From NCBI RefSeq assembly GCF_006345805.1, contig NW_021827420.1, forward strand, positions 1 to 10,421: DNA of 10,421 nt, given 5' to 3'. This DNA comes from Octopus sinensis (taxonomy: Eukaryota). Position numbers and translations under genes: made by a program. The notes below the pieces were generated by a model. That model had not been told where the DNA came from. It did no database searches and saw nothing but the letters and a program-made list of their open reading frames with translations. Each line of letters begins with the position of its first letter. Position 1 is the first letter of the stretch. This document shows, piece after piece, positions 7,750 through 10,421 of the stretch.

Positions 7750-7890
7750 TAACAACAATAGCAATAATTACAAAAGTAGCACCAATTGCATCCAAAGTAA
7801 CAGCCAATAACAACAAGAACAGTAATAACAACACATAATAACAATAAAAACAATAATTTCGATTACTATAACAGCAATGACAATAATAAA
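7750..7890. repeat. AAC/AAT-rich low-complexity tract, probably including the tail of the adjacent minus-strand SINE
   Basis: Degenerate (AAT/AAC)n directly abutting copy B. Confidence 0.7.
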
Positions 7891-8027
7891 CCTTTCTTCT
7901 ATAGGTGCAAGGCCTGAGATTTGGCGGGAGGTGTTATCGATTACATTGTCTCCCCCATCCCCCACCTCAGTAATAAACTGGTACTTAATTTATTGATCCT
8001 GAAAGGATGAAATGTAATCACCTCGGT
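7891..8027 (-). mobile_element. SINE family 1, 5'-truncated copy B
   Basis: The reverse complement contains TTTCATCCTTTC, ATAAATTAAGTACCAGTT (identical to 7494-7511), ATGTAATCGA and the CAGGCCTTG...AGAAAGG tail shared with copy D. Confidence 0.8.
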
Positions 8028-8039
8028 TCAATGATAATA

Positions 8040-8246
8040 ATAGATTTCACTATAATAGGTACAAAACTGGAATTTTGGAGGGGAGTGGAGGGCTAATAGA
8101 TTACATCGACCCCAGTACTTATTCTTTGTAAGCCTAGTACTTATTCTATCGGTCTCTTATTATTGTTGTTGTACGGGCGTAACCACACCAGCATCGGTTG
8201 TCAAGCGAATTGGGGGACAAACACAGACACACACTACACACACACA

Positions 8247-8284
<38 letters not shown>

Positions 8285-8464
8285 ACACCTATATATATAT
8301 AATATATATATATTCATATATACGACGAGCTTCTTTCAGTTTCAATCTACTATGGCCCGAGGCTATAATAGAAGACACTTGCCCAAGGTACTACGCAGTG
8401 GGACTGAACCCGGAACCATGTATGTCGTAAGCAAGCTACTTACCACACAGCCACTGCTACACCT
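8040..8464 (-). mobile_element. tRNA-derived SINE (family 2 head with CORE-like segment, internal (TA)/(TG) microsatellite) ending in a family 1-type tail
   Basis: Minus strand: A-box TGGCTGTGTGG (8443-8453), B-box GGTTCAGTCCC (8400-8410), CCTTGGGCAAGTGTCTT (8372-8388, CORE-like), microsatellite 8222-8322, then CTGGGGTCGATGTAATC (8099-8115) and a tail like copies B and D. Confidence 0.8.
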
Positions 8465-8469
8465 ATCAA

Positions 8470-8570
8470 AAAAACAGGATGGTCAAGGCCGGAACGTATT
8501 TGCTTATAAATCTGCTGGTCCAGTATTGGCCCGGGGCTACACAACAACAACAACAATAACAAGAATAACA
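8470..8570 (+). mobile_element. 3' terminal fragment of a retroelement with (CAA)n tail (copy F)
   Basis: GATGGTCA..GGAAC...ATA.ATCTGCTGG...GGGGCTA followed by (CAA)n; ~37/53 identity to the reverse complement of ~8802-8854. Confidence 0.65.
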
Positions 8571-8738
8571 TATTTGTTATAAACAAACAAGCATAATACG
8601 AAATAAATTAATAAAGAGAGAAAAGAAATGGCATTGTTTTATTTTTAATTATGTCATCTTAATTAAGATGATAATTAAAGTTGTAATTTATGGACGGCAA
8701 TTAATAAAGCTTGCTAATTACACTAATGATCTAATGGC

Positions 8739-8854
8739 GTTGTTGTTGCTGTTGTTGTTGTTGTTGTTTTGTCTTCTGTTATGGAGGCCACGAGGTCAGT
8801 TTGTTCCAGTAGATCTATGATCAATGATGTTCCAAGCGTGACAATCATGTCTTT
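8739..8854 (-). mobile_element. 3' terminal fragment of the same CAA-tailed retroelement (copy G)
   Basis: (TTG)n at 8739-8768 (CAA tail on the minus strand) next to sequence homologous to copy F. Confidence 0.65.
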
Positions 8855-8873
8855 GTATTATATGAATCAGCGT

Positions 8874-9053
8874 TATTTCGTCCGTTTTTACGTTGAGTTC
8901 AAATTCCCTCATGGTCGACTTTACATTTCATCCTTTCGGGGTCGATAAAAATGAGTACCGGTTGAGCACTGAGGTTGATTTAATCAGCAAACCACCTCCC
9001 TCAAAATTTCAGGCCTTGTGTCCACAGCAGAAAGGAACATTATTATTAGTATT
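8874..9053 (+). mobile_element. SINE family 1, 5'-truncated copy D
   Basis: TATTTCGTC, GAGTTCAAATTCC, GGTCGACTTT, TTTCATCCTTTCGGGGTCGATAAA, CAGGCCTTGTG...AGAAAGG and an (ATT)n tail. Confidence 0.85.
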
Positions 9054-9055
9054 GA

Positions 9056-9172
9056 GGTGGCGAGCTGGCAGAACAGTTAGAATGCCAAGCAAAATGCTAA
9101 ACGACATTTCGTCCGACTGTGTTCAAATTCCGTCGACCTTGCCTTTCGTACTGTTGGGATCGAGAAAATAAG
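9056..9172 (+). mobile_element. SINE family 1, 5' portion (copy E)
   Basis: GGTGGCGAGCTGGCAGAA head matching 7375-7390, then ATTTCGTC, GTTCAAATTCC and GTCGACCTTGCCTTTC. Confidence 0.8.
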
Positions 9173-9197
9173 CTCCGCTTATTTTGAAAAATGTCTT

Positions 9198-9331
9198 GTG
9201 TATGGAGCTGTGTTGCGATTTTCAAAAAAGTGTGGTGTATGGAGTTGTGTTGCGATTTTCAAAAAAAGTATGGTGTATGAATTTGTGTTGCGATTTTCAA
9301 AAAAAATATGGTGTATGGAGTTGTGTTGCGA
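9198..9331 (+). repeat. Minisatellite, ~3.6 copies of a 37-38-bp unit
   Basis: Unit GTGTATGGAGTTGTGTTGCGATTTTCAAAAAA(A)GT(A/G)TG starting at 9198, 9235, 9273 and 9311. Confidence 0.92.
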
Positions 9332-9935
9332 ATTATGTTTATTTTGGTCGTTCTTAAAAATAAATAGCTTGTTTTCAAAGCAGGAATGTGGCTCAGGACG
9401 CTATCCGTTTGCGTACAAATTGATTGTTGAACGTTCATGAAATACGCTCATATATGGAATAGCAACTGGAACGTCTTCTATACTCGGAAAGTATTTACCA
9501 AAACGGGCTTGTGGAATTTGTTCGTACACAGATACATCTGTAACTATATAAATAACGTTTTTACAATGCGGACTTGCCCTTGAAGACTTTAACCTAGATG
9601 TAAGAAATTCTACTTCCTTTCTTTTCTCTGCTTCTGAACAGTTCCCGATTTAGAATGAGAAACGAAAGTTAAATATACCATTTTTAAAACCTCTGTTAAC
9701 TATTTTCCACTTGTAGGAAACTTTGTAAAATGTTAACTTCAACTAAATTTATTTGTTTGAAGTTAAGCTGGGCCAGCCATTTCAAAGGGGCATGAAATAG
9801 TGCAAACGTGGCTACCAACGATTAAAATCTTTAATGAGGTTATATTATGTACAAAAAAAAAAATATTTAATTTGTTTGCTCTTTACTCTTTGGTGTAAAT
9901 TCCTGAAATTAATCTGATATGGCATAACCTAGAAG

Positions 9936-10237
9936 GTGGATGCGCAATGGCCCAGTGGTTAGGGCAGCGGACTCGCGGTCAGAGAATCGCGGTTTCGATT
10001 GCCAGACCGGGCGTTGTGTGTGTTTATTGAGCAAAAACACCTAAAAGCTCCACGAAGCTCCGGCAGGGGGTCGTGGCATCCCCTGTTGTACTCTTTCGCC
10101 CCAACTTTCTCTCACTCTTTTTTTCTGTTTCTTGAGTAACGCTGCGATAGACTGGCGTCTCGTCCATCTGAGGGGAACACATACGCCACAGAAACCGGGC
10201 CCATGAGCCTGACTAGGCTTGAAAAGGGTGACAAAAA
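9936..10237 (+). mobile_element. Full-length tRNA-derived SINE with a V-domain-like segment and 12-bp target-site duplication
   Basis: A-box TGGCCCAGTGG (9948-9958), B-box GGTTTCGATT (9991-10000), GCTGCGATAGACTGGCGTCTCGTCCA (10141-10166; resembles the V-SINE central domain as recalled), short A tail, TSD ATAACCTAGAAG at 9924-9935 and 10238-10249. Confidence 0.88.
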
Positions 10238-10306
10238 ATAACCTAGAAGAGATTATGTCCCTATAATAGTAAAATCAGCTGGAACACACAGACACGGATT
10301 CGAAGT

Positions 10307-10421
10307 ACTGTATACACAGTTCCTGTATATACACTGGAAGATATATGTTCCTTATACAGGTTATATACAAGGAAAGTGCATACATATCCAAGAAATATAT
10401 TCTTGGACCTGAGTTTCAGGT
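10307..10421. repeat. Cluster of short inverted repeats (tandem hairpins)
   Basis: ACTGT/ACAGT (10307-10320), TGTATATACA palindrome (10324-10333), CCTGTATA/TATACAGG (10322-10329/10353-10360), TTCCTT/AAGGAA (10348-10374), TCCAAGAA/TTCTTGGA (10387-10407), ACCTGA/TCAGGT (10407-10421). Confidence 0.75.

Noticed and set aside
8163-9171. ORFs 8163..8582 and 8893..9171
   Set aside because: Chance open frames across SINE and microsatellite sequence.
9198-9331. 37-38-bp repeats as a CRISPR array
   Set aside because: Units are directly adjacent with no unique spacers, there are no cas genes, and the context is eukaryotic.
9542-9562. Minus-strand KNVIYIV as a GIY-YIG endonuclease motif
   Set aside because: No following CxxC or YIG half-motif; the surrounding frame is unconvincing.
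9936-10010. Genuine tRNA genes here or at 8395-8464 and 7372-7460
   Set aside because: A and B boxes are present but there is no full cloverleaf or acceptor stem, and each continues into a SINE body with other copies or a TSD.

Overview
AT-rich, repeat-dense animal genomic DNA with no intact protein-coding gene. The SINE families resemble, from memory, those of Octopus or another coleoid cephalopod; this is an inference, not a database result. Left to right: (1) the 3' part of a decayed autonomous Helitron (Rep motif 3 plus PIF1-type helicase, broken by stops and frameshifts) with its terminal hairpin at ~2801-2828; (2) a TA-microsatellite field holding a 41-bp palindrome that reads as a Helitron 3' end on both strands; (3) a minus-strand pseudogenised L1/Tx1-like LINE ORF1 5' fragment that the ORF track misses; (4) a complete type I hammerhead ribozyme motif of the Penelope-like kind (4434-4526) with a long stem II; (5) microsatellites, including a 400-bp (ATC)n tract whose antisense frame is an open Asp-rich then His-rich frame; (6) a short non-repetitive island rich in Hox/TALE-like motifs; (7) a cluster of tRNA-derived SINEs and CAA-tailed retroelement 3' ends in both orientations; (8) a 37-38-bp minisatellite, a full-length V-domain-like SINE with a 12-bp TSD, and a run of back-to-back hairpins at the right edge. 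All alignments, folds and counts were done by eye.
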